From Octopus sinensis (Eukaryota): a stretch of DNA of 31,201 bases. Under the pieces are notes generated by a model. It did not search any database. It saw nothing but the letters and a program-made list of their open reading frames with translations, and had not been told where the DNA came from. Shown here one piece after another: positions 23,901 to 31,201 of the stretch; the stretch's first letter is position 1; every line of letters begins with the position of its first letter. Made by a program: the position numbers and the translations under genes. Location: positions 1 through 31,201 of the forward strand of contig NW_021832452.1 in assembly GCF_006345805.1 (NCBI RefSeq). Direction: 5' to 3'.

Positions 23901-26779
23901 TGTACCTTGAAATCAAGAGGACAGATCCTGTTGTCTACAGCTCTTTCCTGCAATCAGACCTGGACACAATGCAGCAATGGATCACAGACTGGCAACTGAA
24001 ACTGGCTGTGGACAAGTGTACCACCATGCATTTTGGGAGAAAAAACCCTGCGTCCACATACTCCCTCCACAACACTGATATCAAGAAATCCTCTTGCGAG
24101 CGTGACCTAGGCAGTGATTTGCGTTGGACAAAGCATATCTCTAAAATTGTCAAGAAGGCCGAGGGTGTCTTGGCATCACTCAGCAAGACTTGTTAGCCGC
24201 TCTCCAGCCATCTATTTAAAACTGTATACAGCTATGGTACGACCACACTTGGAATTCGCATCATCAGTTTGGAACCCCTATCTTGCTCAGAACATTGACC
24301 TCCTGGAATCTGTTCAGAGACGTGCACCCAAACGCATACCCTCCATCAGACACCTACCATATTCTGAGCGCCTTGTTTCCCTGGGTATGGATTCACTGAA
24401 GCTCCGGCGTCTGGCGACGGACTTGGTAAACACCCACAAAGTTGTCAACCACCTCACCAATAACAACACTGAACACCTTTTTGATCTCCATGTGTCTAAC
24501 ACACATGGACATGCCTACAAAGTCAGAAAACAACACAGCTCCCATGACTTTTGGAAGCATGGAATAAACTGCCTGCGTCAGTTGTTGACTGCCATGACAC
24601 TGCATCCTTTAAGGCCCTCATGCTTTCCGAAATCCGTCGAAACTACACCTGATTATATATACACTTTCGATGAGCTGTAGTGCACCTGAGCACTACACAA
24701 TGTTTATTATTATTATTATTATTATATGGTAATAGCATTTTTGATACATTTTTTTTGTTGTTGTTGGCTTCTATATTTTAACAATGCATGCAGAGTTGCA
24801 TGATGAATGTTACCCCTATCTCCGACAGCCCCACCAATAACACTATTATATATTAAAAGCGCACATGCACAACTATATTGTACTTATTTGTTTTTATATA
24901 TATATATATAATATAATATATATATATTATATTCGTAAGTTTTTTTACCATAACGCACATATATGAGTCTGTCAAGGGTTGACCAACATGTTGGAATGTA
25001 ACTCCTTTCTTGAAGTTCTTCCTTGATGAAATAACCAGTTAACCAGTTTCAATATGAAAATTTTAGATATTAATTTTATTTTATTTCTCTAATTGAATTA
25101 ATTGGACATGTAGGGAGAAGAATTTCATATTATATTATATTATATATATCTTTGAATAAAGTGATGTCTATATGTCAATTTTTCCATTTTCTTCTTTTTC
25201 TCATTCATGAATATTTTAAATACCAATATACATCAATGCAAAATTAACATATTTAGTTTTTTACTGAACACTGGTATAGACCAGAGAATTAGGATGCAAA
25301 TATCTCCTAAAGGATTATAGATCGTTGGCATGATTTTTATATATATATATATATATATGTGTGGCCATTGCCAGTGCTGCCCTGACTGGCCTCCATGCCG
25401 GTGGCACGTAAATAGCACCATCTGATCGTGGTCGTTTGCCGGTGGCACATAAAAAGCACCATGCGATCGTGGCCGTTTGCCAGCCTCGTCTGGCAGCTGT
25501 GCCGGTGGCATGTAAAAAGCACCCACTACACAAGGTGTAGGAGTGGGTGTGTGGTAAGTAGCTTGCTTATGAACCACATGGTTCCAGGTTCAGTCCCACT
25601 GTGTGGCACCTTGGGCAAGTGTCTTCTACTATAGTCTCAGGCCAACCAAAGCCTTGTGAGTGGATTTGGTAGACGGAAACTGAAAGAAGCTCGTCGCATA
25701 TATACAGATATATATATATATATATGTGTATGTGTGTGTATATGTTTGTGTGTTTGTCCCCCAACATCGCTTCCCAACCAATGCTGGTGTGTTTACGTCC
25801 CCGTGACTTAGCAGTTTGGCAAAAGAGACCGATAGAATAAATACTAGGCTTACAACAAATAAGTTGGTGGGTGATTTGTTCGACTAAAGGCGGTGCTCCA
25901 GCATGGCCACAATCAAATGACTGAAACAAGTAAATGTGTATGTGTATATATATATATCTCTCTCTATATAAACGGCAGTTTGTCTGTGCGTTTTCTGTGT
26001 GTCTGTTTTCTCGTACCCTCACTCTGACCACGGCTTTCAACCGATTCTGATGAAACTTGACACACACATAGCCCAATGTCATAATTCAAAACTAACGCAG
26101 CGAAAATTTTGAAAAGTTCCCCCAGTTCTGAAAAAATCGATAAATTCGACATGGGGTCGAGAATCAGAAACCCAAACCACAGACCGTCTAGGGGACGCAA
26201 CTCCACCTTTTTTAACTCTCAAAAAAATTTACCATCATTTTTTTTTCCATTTTTTTGCTATTTTTTGGCTATAACTCTCTAAAAATGCTTTATAGTTATT
26301 TCCCTTACAAACCTGAGCAACGCCGGGCGATACTGCTAGTATATATATAAATAATGCATTCACATTGTACATCTATAACATTGAGAATGCATTTACTTAT
26401 ATTGGGTGCCATTAGAAATGTTATAAAATTCATCCTTAATTATAAAACATGGGATCAATGAAATAACTAATACCAAATGAATACTGGGATCAATCTAATC
26501 AGCTGTACCCCTGATATGGGAGACTATGTTTGTATTGTTAGTGAATCGAGTGGAAATCAACAAATTTACTGAAAGGTTAATTTAAATTTCTGATTCTTCA
26601 GATTTGTGTGTCTCACATAATTTGTAAATTTAATTTTGTTTTAATAGTCTTCTTTTCTCTTTAATTTTAATAATTTATTACTGTTCAACTGCAATTTTTA
26701 TTTTTTTATATTTCCAGGGCCTGTAATGCTGGATGAGTTTGTTGAGTGGTTAAAGGAACAAAATTCGTTTCGCAGTTGA
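92..26779 (+). CDS. DCUN1D5: DCN1-like protein 5/4 (PONY-domain NEDD8 E3 cofactor), spliced: join(92..180,2719..2807,4516..4592,13101..13192,14117..14225,18406..18510,19993..20095,26718..26779), 241 aa
   Basis: Manual splicing gives one uninterrupted frame with GT-AG introns and consistent phases. The peptide ([10 protein letters not shown]...[13 protein letters not shown]...[27 protein letters not shown]...[17 protein letters not shown]...[16 protein letters not shown]...[20 protein letters not shown]) matches my recall of human DCUN1D5 along its length. It has a basic N-terminus and no UBA domain. D4 versus D5 cannot be fully resolved. Confidence 0.95.
408..770 (-). mobile_element. RTE-LINE 3' end / RTE-tail repeat with (ATG)n tail
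   Basis: (CAT)n followed by ttaacgtctgctttccatgctagcatgggttgg, the same sequence as the 3' end of the RTE copy at 21131-22490. Confidence 0.8.
1384..1841. mobile_element. Palindromic head-to-head pair of tRNA-derived SINE-like units with hammerhead-like tail
   Basis: Arms 1384-1611 and 1620-1841 are reverse complements around an 8-nt loop. A box TGGCATAGTGG at 1620, B box GAGTTCGATTCC at 1663, CTGATGA at 1755. Confidence 0.85.
2719..2807 (+). CDS. DCUN1D5: DCUN1D5-like coding exon 2 ([30 protein letters not shown])
   Basis: Acceptor tttgcag ends at 2718 and donor GTGAG starts at 2808. Contains the FSxKxCLAWF motif. Confidence 0.93.
3590..3808 (-). mobile_element. tRNA-derived SINE (second family)
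   Basis: The minus strand reads GGCAGTAAGCTGGCAGAATCATTAG (A box) ... GTTCTGAGTTCAAATTCC (B box) ... GACTTTGCCTTTCATCC. Confidence 0.75.
4051..4445. mobile_element. piggyBac-type MITE with internal ~179-bp tandem duplication
   Basis: TTAA|CCCTTTAGCAT ... ATGCTAAATGG|TTTA termini. Internal units start at 4070 and 4249 (GCCATATCTGG). Confidence 0.75.
4516..4592 (+). CDS. DCUN1D5: DCUN1D5-like coding exon 3 ([26 protein letters not shown])
   Basis: Poly-T tract then CAG at 4513-4515, donor GTAAG at 4593. In-frame alternative acceptors exist up to 4524. Confidence 0.93.
4690..4880 (-). mobile_element. Degenerate RTE-tail repeat
   Basis: (CAT)n plus a diverged match to the 408-770 sequence. Confidence 0.6.
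4953..5721 (+). mobile_element. Insertion flanked by a 20-bp target-site duplication, probably a 5'-truncated non-LTR retroelement
   Basis: Exact direct repeat AAGGTGTTGAAAGAAGTTAA at 4933-4952 and 5722-5741. The 3' end reads GAAATAAA. Confidence 0.65.
5174..5399. mobile_element. piggyBac-type MITE (226 bp) nested in the previous element
   Basis: TTAA|CCCTTTCTTTACC ... GGTATCAAAAGGG|TTAA. Confidence 0.85.
5888..6195 (-). mobile_element. RTE-tail repeat
   Basis: catctaacatctgctttccatgctggcatgggttgg, homologous to 408-770. Confidence 0.7.
6649..6727 (-). ncRNA. Degenerate type I hammerhead-like motif with long stem II
   Basis: Minus strand: AGCT-CCAATGA-A-GCTATAG...GCACTCAG/CTGAGTGC...TTATAGT-A-GAAA-CAGCTG-TA-AGCT. 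The CUGA core is mutated. Confidence 0.45.
8076..8330 (+). mobile_element. Degenerate RTE ORF2 C-terminal fragment
   Basis: atggtagtgaaac ... tgtgcaatgtcagtgt ... agagaaaaattaggcat, homologous to the reverse complement of 21780-22000. Confidence 0.6.
8457..8842 (+). mobile_element. tRNA-derived SINE (main family, CORE-like segment), full length
   Basis: A box TGGCTGTGTGG, B-box-like GTTCATTCCC, CACCTTGGGCAAGTG, internal (TA)(TG) run and GTAAAGAG tail. Confidence 0.85.
8986..9349 (-). mobile_element. tRNA-derived SINE (main family), inverted relative to 8457-8842
   Basis: Reverse complement of the preceding SINE. Confidence 0.85.
11097..11313 (+). mobile_element. mariner-derived MITE
   Basis: TA|CGAGGGGGTGCTAGAAAGTTCCTGGCTTT ... 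AAAACCAGGAAATTTACAGCACCC..TCA|TA. The internal remnant AATCTGAGAGGGAAATATGTTGAATAA (NLRGKYVE*) resembles a mariner transposase C-terminus. Confidence 0.8.
11570..11697 (+). mobile_element. RTE-tail repeat fragment
   Basis: cctatgccagcatggaaacagacatta followed by (TGA)n. Confidence 0.65.
12100..12470 (-). mobile_element. Degenerate main-family SINE with internal (CT)n(CA)n microsatellite
   Basis: tactcttttactggttttaatgattgaattgtagc ... atctggacccatgt, similar to 8986-9349. Confidence 0.55.
12761..13060. mobile_element. hAT (Charlie/Buster-like) MITE, 300 bp
   Basis: TIRs CAGTGAGTCCCAAC and GTTGGGAAACACTG. The 8-bp TSD ATCTAGAT/ATGTAGAT fits the NTCTAGAN target consensus. Confidence 0.8.
13101..13192 (+). 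CDS. DCUN1D5: DCUN1D5-like coding exon 4 ([31 protein letters not shown])
   Basis: Acceptor ttcttttag ends at 13100 and donor GTAAG starts at 13193. Conserved DCN1 motif. Confidence 0.95.
13390..13700 (+). mobile_element. RTE-tail repeat
   Basis: Reverse complement of 21131-21480. Ends ...gctagcatggagaatggacgttaaacgatga. Confidence 0.8.
14117..14225 (+). CDS. DCUN1D5: DCUN1D5-like coding exon 5 ([36 protein letters not shown])
   Basis: Acceptor tttcag ends at 14116 and donor GTAAG starts at 14226. Confidence 0.95.
14688..14728 (-). ncRNA. Minimal type I hammerhead ribozyme motif, catalytic core intact
   Basis: CCAGA-CTGATGA-TGAGCAATGACTCT-GAAAC-TA-GTC-TCTGG. Stem I CCAGA/TCTGG, stem II GAG/CTC, palindromic stem III ACTAGT, GUC cleavage triplet. 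Confidence 0.75.
14747..16621 (-). mobile_element. ORF1-only non-LTR retroelement (L1/Tx1-derived, HAL1-like), ~1.9 kb
   Basis: TSD TGGCTTGCTAG at 14736-14746 and 16622-16632. Poly-A tail seen as a T-rich run at 14748-14770. Single gag-like ORF and no RT motifs seen. Confidence 0.75.
15480..16517 (-). pseudogene. Retroelement ORF1/gag-like protein with CCHC zinc knuckle, disrupted near the N-terminus
   Basis: The 292-aa ORF (15480-16358) contains [14 protein letters not shown] (CX2CX4HX4C). An in-frame ATG at 16517 (MMEWNEEKL...) is separated from it by two stops, consistent with compensating frameshifts. Confidence 0.75.
17055..17095 (+). ncRNA. Degenerate copy of the hammerhead motif
   Basis: CCAGA-CTAACAA-TGAGCAATGACTTT-GAAAT-TA-GTC-TCTGG. 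The CTGATGA core is mutated at three positions. Confidence 0.5.
18406..18510 (+). CDS. DCUN1D5: DCUN1D5-like coding exon 6 ([35 protein letters not shown])
   Basis: Acceptor tttgtag ends at 18405 and donor GTCAGT starts at 18511. Confidence 0.95.
18710..19600 (-). mobile_element. Degenerate RTE LINE 3' portion (tail plus ORF2 fragment)
   Basis: ORF 19050-19319 ([30 protein letters not shown]...CGSET) is homologous to 21793-22068. RTE tail at 18710-18905 and a 41-bp tandem duplication near 18970-19048. Confidence 0.75.
19993..20095 (+). CDS. DCUN1D5: DCUN1D5-like coding exon 7 ([34 protein letters not shown])
   Basis: Acceptor tttgcag ends at 19992 and donor GTAAGT starts at 20096. Contains part of the cullin-binding DAD patch. 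Confidence 0.95.
20339..20459 (+). repeat. 121-bp inverted duplicate of 19288-19408
   Basis: Reverse complement matches at 118/121 positions by manual alignment. Confidence 0.92.
20812..21130. repeat. (TCTA)n / ATCTGTCTATAAT compound micro-minisatellite (resumes at 22490-22595)
   Basis: Directly visible tandem units. Confidence 0.9.
21131..22490 (-). mobile_element. 5'-truncated RTE-clade LINE
   Basis: ORF2 C-terminal peptide [27 protein letters not shown]...MLQWMC, typical of RTE. 3' UTR with internal repeats and (ATG)n tail. Confidence 0.85.
22708..23472. mobile_element. Unclassified ~760-bp insertion splitting an RTE-tail repeat
   Basis: The RTE tail stops at ...gtggatgcttt (22705) and resumes at ctttttacataccaccagcacagg (~23476). 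The insertion has weak inverted termini. Confidence 0.45.
23619..24725 (+). mobile_element. 5'-truncated CR1/L2-clade LINE with reverse transcriptase remnant
   Basis: [11 protein letters not shown]...[14 protein letters not shown]...YADG (YADD mutated)...ERDLG; a frameshifted second part [20 protein letters not shown]...LESVQRRA; (TTA)n tail. Confidence 0.9.
25360..25532 (+). mobile_element. RTE-tail repeat fragment
   Basis: gccggtggcacgtaaatagcacc units as in 13390-13700. Confidence 0.75.
25534..25933 (+). mobile_element. tRNA-derived SINE (main family), full length
   Basis: Homologous end to end with 8457-8842. Confidence 0.85.
25957..26339 (+). mobile_element. Non-autonomous Helitron
   Basis: 5' A|TC...TCTATATAAA start, subterminal GC hairpin CCTGAGCAACGCCGGG, 3' CTAG|T end, no TSD. 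Confidence 0.8.
26718..26779 (+). CDS. DCUN1D5: DCUN1D5-like last coding exon ([20 protein letters not shown])
   Basis: Acceptor tttccag ends at 26717 and stop TGA is at 26777-26779. Confidence 0.95.
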
Positions 26780-26865
26780 TAGAGCTAAGTTTTGAAAATA
26801 ATCATATGAGCTTTAACCTGAACTTGGACATTTTGTTTCTTCAAAGGTCTGTACAGTATATAACT

Positions 26866-26871
26866 AATAAA
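26866..26871 (+). promoter_or_regulatory. Candidate proximal polyadenylation signal AATAAA (alternatives at 28079, 28531, 28727, 28802)
   Basis: Hexamer about 90 nt after the stop codon. The context is AT-rich, so chance occurrence is likely. Confidence 0.3.
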
Positions 26872-27099
26872 GTCCACTATGTAAACCAAGCCTAAGAAAA
26901 TATAGGAATTTCTCCCTTTCTACTGGATCAGACAATGTACTGAAGTTCAAAATGAGCTCAAGTGTTACTTTAACGAAAAAAAGAAAAATTATTCTTGTTT
27001 TCTTCATGTTTGTATTCTTGAAAACAAAGCATTTATAATTAATGCATTCTATGAATGGAAGCAATATAAGCTCATATTTCTTTAATTTACACACAGACA

Positions 27100-27606
27100 T
27101 ACAAATATGTGCCTATATACAGACACATACATATATACATATATACAGACTTAAAGTATTCATACATGCATTTTTGTATGTAATACATTTATATATGTAT
27201 ATATATATTATATATATATATATTATATATATATGTTACATATATACATATATATATGTGTTATATATATACATATATATATGTGTTATATATAATATAT
27301 ATATATATGTATATGTTATATATACATATATGTATGTTATATATATGTATTATAAGCTTTATATGTATATGTTTATATATGTGTATGTATATATATATAT
27401 ATGTAATATATATATGTGCTATATATATATATGCATATGTTATGTATATATATATGTATATGTTATGTATATATATATATGTATATGTTATGTATATATA
27501 TATATGTATATGTTATGTGTATATATATATGTATATATATACGTATAATGTATGTATATATATATATATATATTATATTTATATATATATATATATATAT
27601 TTATTG

Positions 27607-27646
<40 letters not shown>

Positions 27647-27715
27647 ATGTATGTATATATATATATAAATATATATATTGTATGTATGTATATATATAAA
27701 TATATATATTGTATG

Positions 27716-27746
<31 letters not shown>

Positions 27747-27832
27747 ATCTACACATATTATACATATATATTTTATCTATATATTGTATCCATATATATA
27801 CATATATTTTATGTATATATATATCTGTTTGA

Positions 27833-27875
<43 letters not shown>

Positions 27876-27889
27876 TGTACGTGTGTGTG

Positions 27890-27924
<35 letters not shown>

Positions 27925-27958
27925 TATATGTATGTGTGTGTGTGTATATATATATGTA

Positions 27959-28003
<45 letters not shown>

Positions 28004-28030
28004 TGTATGTTGTATGTATGTGTGTTTATA

Positions 28031-28085
<55 letters not shown>

Positions 28086-28130
28086 TTTTATCTGTTTCAT
28101 ATATGTGTGTGTGTATATATGTGTCTGTTT
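27100..28130. repeat. ~1-kb compound (TA)n/(TG)n microsatellite
   Basis: Directly visible. Confidence 0.95.
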
Positions 28131-29030
28131 ATGTTTACCAGTGCAAACTGGTATTCGGAATTGAGTTTCTTTATGTTGAAAGTGATAACTTAGCCTTTTG
28201 ATAATTAGAAAGTGATAAAGATTAGTAAAAGACTGAAATGCTAGGGTTGTTCATGACTGACTAAAATCCTTGAAGGCAGTGCCTCAACATAGTCACATTC
28301 CAGTGACTTAAACCAGTATAAGAATATAAAAAGGAAAGAGAGTATGTGTGTGCATGTATACTGATGTGTGTTTGCGTGTGTTTTAAAGTATTCCACACAA
28401 GTAAATTTTTCTTAAAAGAACGCAAAGAAAAAAATGCTTGTATTGTCAATGAAAAGAACGTATTGATGTTTCTATAATCAAAATATGCTAATGGTTTCAA
28501 TCACTTTTACCGACAAATTAGTCATTCTGAAATAAATTAAATCCAATTAATCTTTGATGATATCAGTTCTAGAAGTTCTCATATTTTACAAACAGATGTT
28601 ACATGGTGCTGGTATTTTTCTTTCTGATTACTGCTTAGTTGTAATAGTAGCAGCAACAGCTGTTCAAGTCGTTACAATTTTCTAGACTATATTTCAGTCC
28701 TTTTGTTATAAATTCTTTTTTCAAGCAATAAAGAAGTTCACATGTATAAATTATATGACCAGAATTCAATGGTCTCAATTCCTAATTCATAAGAACGTTT
28801 GAATAAAGATTCACTACAGAGGATTTTTTATTGACTATTTTAGCATTATTATTATAATACGCTATATGTCTGTATAAATATGCTTTTTTTTTTGTAAGGA
28901 TTTGAAGCTGTTGAATTTGTTCTACTGTATAAGATTTACTTTGTAAGTCATTCAATACAAGCTAGAGTCATACTTTTTATTTTTTGTATACTTGTATGAT
29001 AATGCTTAATGAAACCTTATGAATGTTAAC

Positions 29031-29415
29031 GATTGTTTGCCAGCATAACATGGCAGTCCTGGTTTAGGACTAATGCTGCTGTAATTTAGCCCTAGGAGAC
29101 ATCGTCTCTAGCTGGCTATATGACACGATCTATGTCCTTATATTTTCGAACAAGAGAATCTAGCACCCCCACTCAGCTCAAAACAATATCTGTGTATTGC
29201 GATTTGTAGGTTATTTTCCTTCATCAGCACAAATAATTGTTCGGCTAGAGGTGGTGCTGCCAAATATATAGTTTTCAAAGTGACAACTAGTCACTGATTT
29301 AAAAATTAGAAAATATTTTTTAATTTTTAAATCTCACAATGTGTTATGTTGGCAAACAATCTTTACTACAAAGTACTGTTGCTGAATATCTCACATTGTG
29401 AGATTTAAAAATAGT
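29031..29415 (-). mobile_element. Hammerhead-like-motif repeat distantly related to the 348-bp unit
   Basis: Shares TTTAGCCCTAGGA(G/A)ACATCG, TGTCCTTAT, TTTTCAA(A)GTGA and CACTGATTT blocks with 14463-17238. Hammerhead-like motif at 29183-29240 (-). Inverted ends at 29031-29050 and 29342-29361. Confidence 0.6.
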
Positions 29416-29717
29416 AATTTTCGAAACCGTTTGATGTTTTCTAAATTATTCAACAACATTTATTTCTTGCTGTAACAGTCTCTCTACTTAATTGTTCTGT
29501 TTGTCTTTTGTATTAGAAAGTTCATTCTGCAATCTTATCTTACATATAATGATTACTGTAAATTGTTTATCAATTTCACACATGCACACCACACACATAA
29601 ATATGTATGAAATTTAATATGAAAGTCTTGTTTGCAAAATATAACTCATGTGATATTTTTTTATCCCATTTGGGTAGAAATATAGAAAAAAAAAAGTTGA
29701 AAATGCACTGAGATTTG

Positions 29718-29934
29718 ATTAGATTTTTTTATTAAAAAAATTTTAAAGACTTAACCAGCTTCACAGATTTCCCTGAATTTCAAAAAAATAGAGGTAGAAA
29801 GACATGGAGCCATGCTGCGATTGTCTTGCTTCAGTTGTAGCATAGCTCCATGTCTTTCTATTTCAACTTTTGAAAGTCAGGGAAATCTTTGAAACCAGTT
29901 AAATCTTTGAACACTTAAAAATAAGAAATCTAAT
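29718..29934. repeat. ~217-bp imperfect palindrome (foldback MITE-like)
   Basis: AGAAAGACATGGAGC pairs with GCTCCATGTCTTTCT, AGATTTCCCTGA with TCAGGGAAATCT, ATTAGATTT with AAATCTAAT. Confidence 0.8.
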
Positions 29935-30289
29935 TGAATCCCAGTACATCTTCAACTTCTTTATATATATGTATATATGTTTGGCAATACAAACAGGAAA
30001 AATATAACTCAAAGTATGAGTATATATATTTTTTATTGATATTTGGCAGAAGTAAGAAAATGATTCAAGAGCTGAGAGTTTTGTGCCTTAACGTATACCA
30101 AACTGAGTCCAATAAGCACTACTACACGAAATTCTCAACCCTTGGTCACCCTGTTACTTCTGACAAATATTTATAAATGTATGTATGTATTCTTTCATTT
30201 CTTATCTTTGCCTACCCTTTCTGAAACCCTTATTTCTTTTTCCAACTAAAATAAATTTAACAGTCTCTCTCTCATATATATTTATATGC

Positions 30290-30320
<31 letters not shown>

Positions 30321-30329
30321 AAATTGCAT

Positions 30330-30725
30330 ATGCATAGCTGTAAGGTAAGAAGCTTGCTTCCCAGCCACATGGTTCTGGGTTCTGTCCCACTGCATGTCAC
30401 TGGGCAAATGATTTCTACTATAGCATCAGTGACCAAATCCTTAATCCTTGCGAGTGGCTTTGGTAGATGGAAAGTGAAAGAAGCCCATCGCATGTGTGTG
30501 TATATATATATTTATGTGATTTTTTCTGTGTTTGTCCACCACTTCTGCTTGACAGCCAGTGTTGATTCGTTTATGTTCCTGTAACTTAGAGGTTCAGCAA
30601 AAAGTTATTACTAGAATAAGTATCAGGCTTCAAAGTAAGTATTGGGGGTCAATTTGTTTGGCTGAGAACTTGTAGGTGGTGCCCTAGCATAACTGCAGTC
30701 TAATGACTGATACAAGTAAAAGATA
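30330..30725 (+). mobile_element. tRNA-derived SINE (main family), diverged
   Basis: Homologous to 8457-8842. Confidence 0.75.
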
Positions 30726-30769
30726 ACATATACATACACACACATGTAACAGCCTGGATAATCACTGAT

Positions 30770-30881
30770 GAAATGCTTTCTACTATGGCCGAGGGCCAAC
30801 CAAAGCCTTGTGACAAGACTTGCTAGATGGAAACTGAAAGAAGCCCACCATATGTATGTGGGTAGGTAGGTATGTACATAC

Positions 30882-30913
<32 letters not shown>

Positions 30914-31201
30914 CAGTAGATAGGTATGTACATACTGTGTATATATATATATATACACACACACATAAGCACAGGCATGGTTGTGAAGAAGACTTTTGCT
31001 TCCCAACCACATAGTTCCAGGTTCAGTCTGACTGTGGCACCTTGGGCTAGTGTCTTCTATAACCTTGGGTAGACCAAGACCTTGTGAGTGGATTTAGTAG
31101 ATGGAAGCTGAAAGAAGCCTGTAGTATATATCACTCGACGACTAATGTCGGTGTGTTTACATCCCCATAACTTAGCAGTTCAGCAGGAGAAATCAATAAA
31201 T
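30770..31201 (+). mobile_element. Partial main-family SINE (30770-30860) followed by another copy (30972 to window end)
   Basis: ccaaagccttgtga...gaaactgaaagaagcc and ggcaccttgggctagtgtc blocks. Confidence 0.7.

Noticed and set aside
23645-24680. Functional reverse transcriptase gene
   Set aside because: 5'-truncated, frameshifted, and the catalytic YADD is changed to YADG.
26047-26058. CTGATGA in the Helitron (also near 8136 and 30765)
   Set aside because: No flanking stem I/II or GAAA...NUH arrangement, so not hammerheads.
27042-28201. Many ORFs of 66-168 aa rich in Y/I/C/V/M
   Set aside because: Translations of (TA)n/(TG)n microsatellite with no coding signal.
30073-30138. 13-bp hairpin stem TGAGAGTTTTGTG/CACGAAATTCTCA
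   Set aside because: Short, includes G-T pairs and has no ribozyme core. Could be chance.

Overview
AT-rich, repeat-dense eukaryotic genomic DNA. The (TA)n/(TG)n/(CAT)n microsatellites and the tRNA-SINE and RTE families resemble an octopus (coleoid cephalopod) genome, which is an inference. The window holds the complete coding region of one + strand gene, a DCN1-like neddylation E3 cofactor (DCUN1D5/DCUN1D4 orthologue). It has 8 GT-AG coding exons from 92 to 26779, giving 726 nt and 241 aa. The introns are filled with tRNA-derived SINEs, RTE and CR1/L2 LINE fragments, piggyBac, mariner and hAT MITEs, and a non-autonomous Helitron. The most unusual signal is four sequence-distinct non-coding repeats that each carry a type I hammerhead-ribozyme-like motif (Penelope/retrozyme-like). 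One is a 348-bp unit in tandem-plus-inverted arrangement, interrupted by an ORF1-only (HAL1-like) retroelement. Another is a head-to-head tRNA-SINE/hammerhead palindrome. Also notable are a near-perfect 121-bp inverted repeat bracketing exon 7 and a four-fold NAG tandem acceptor at exon 3.
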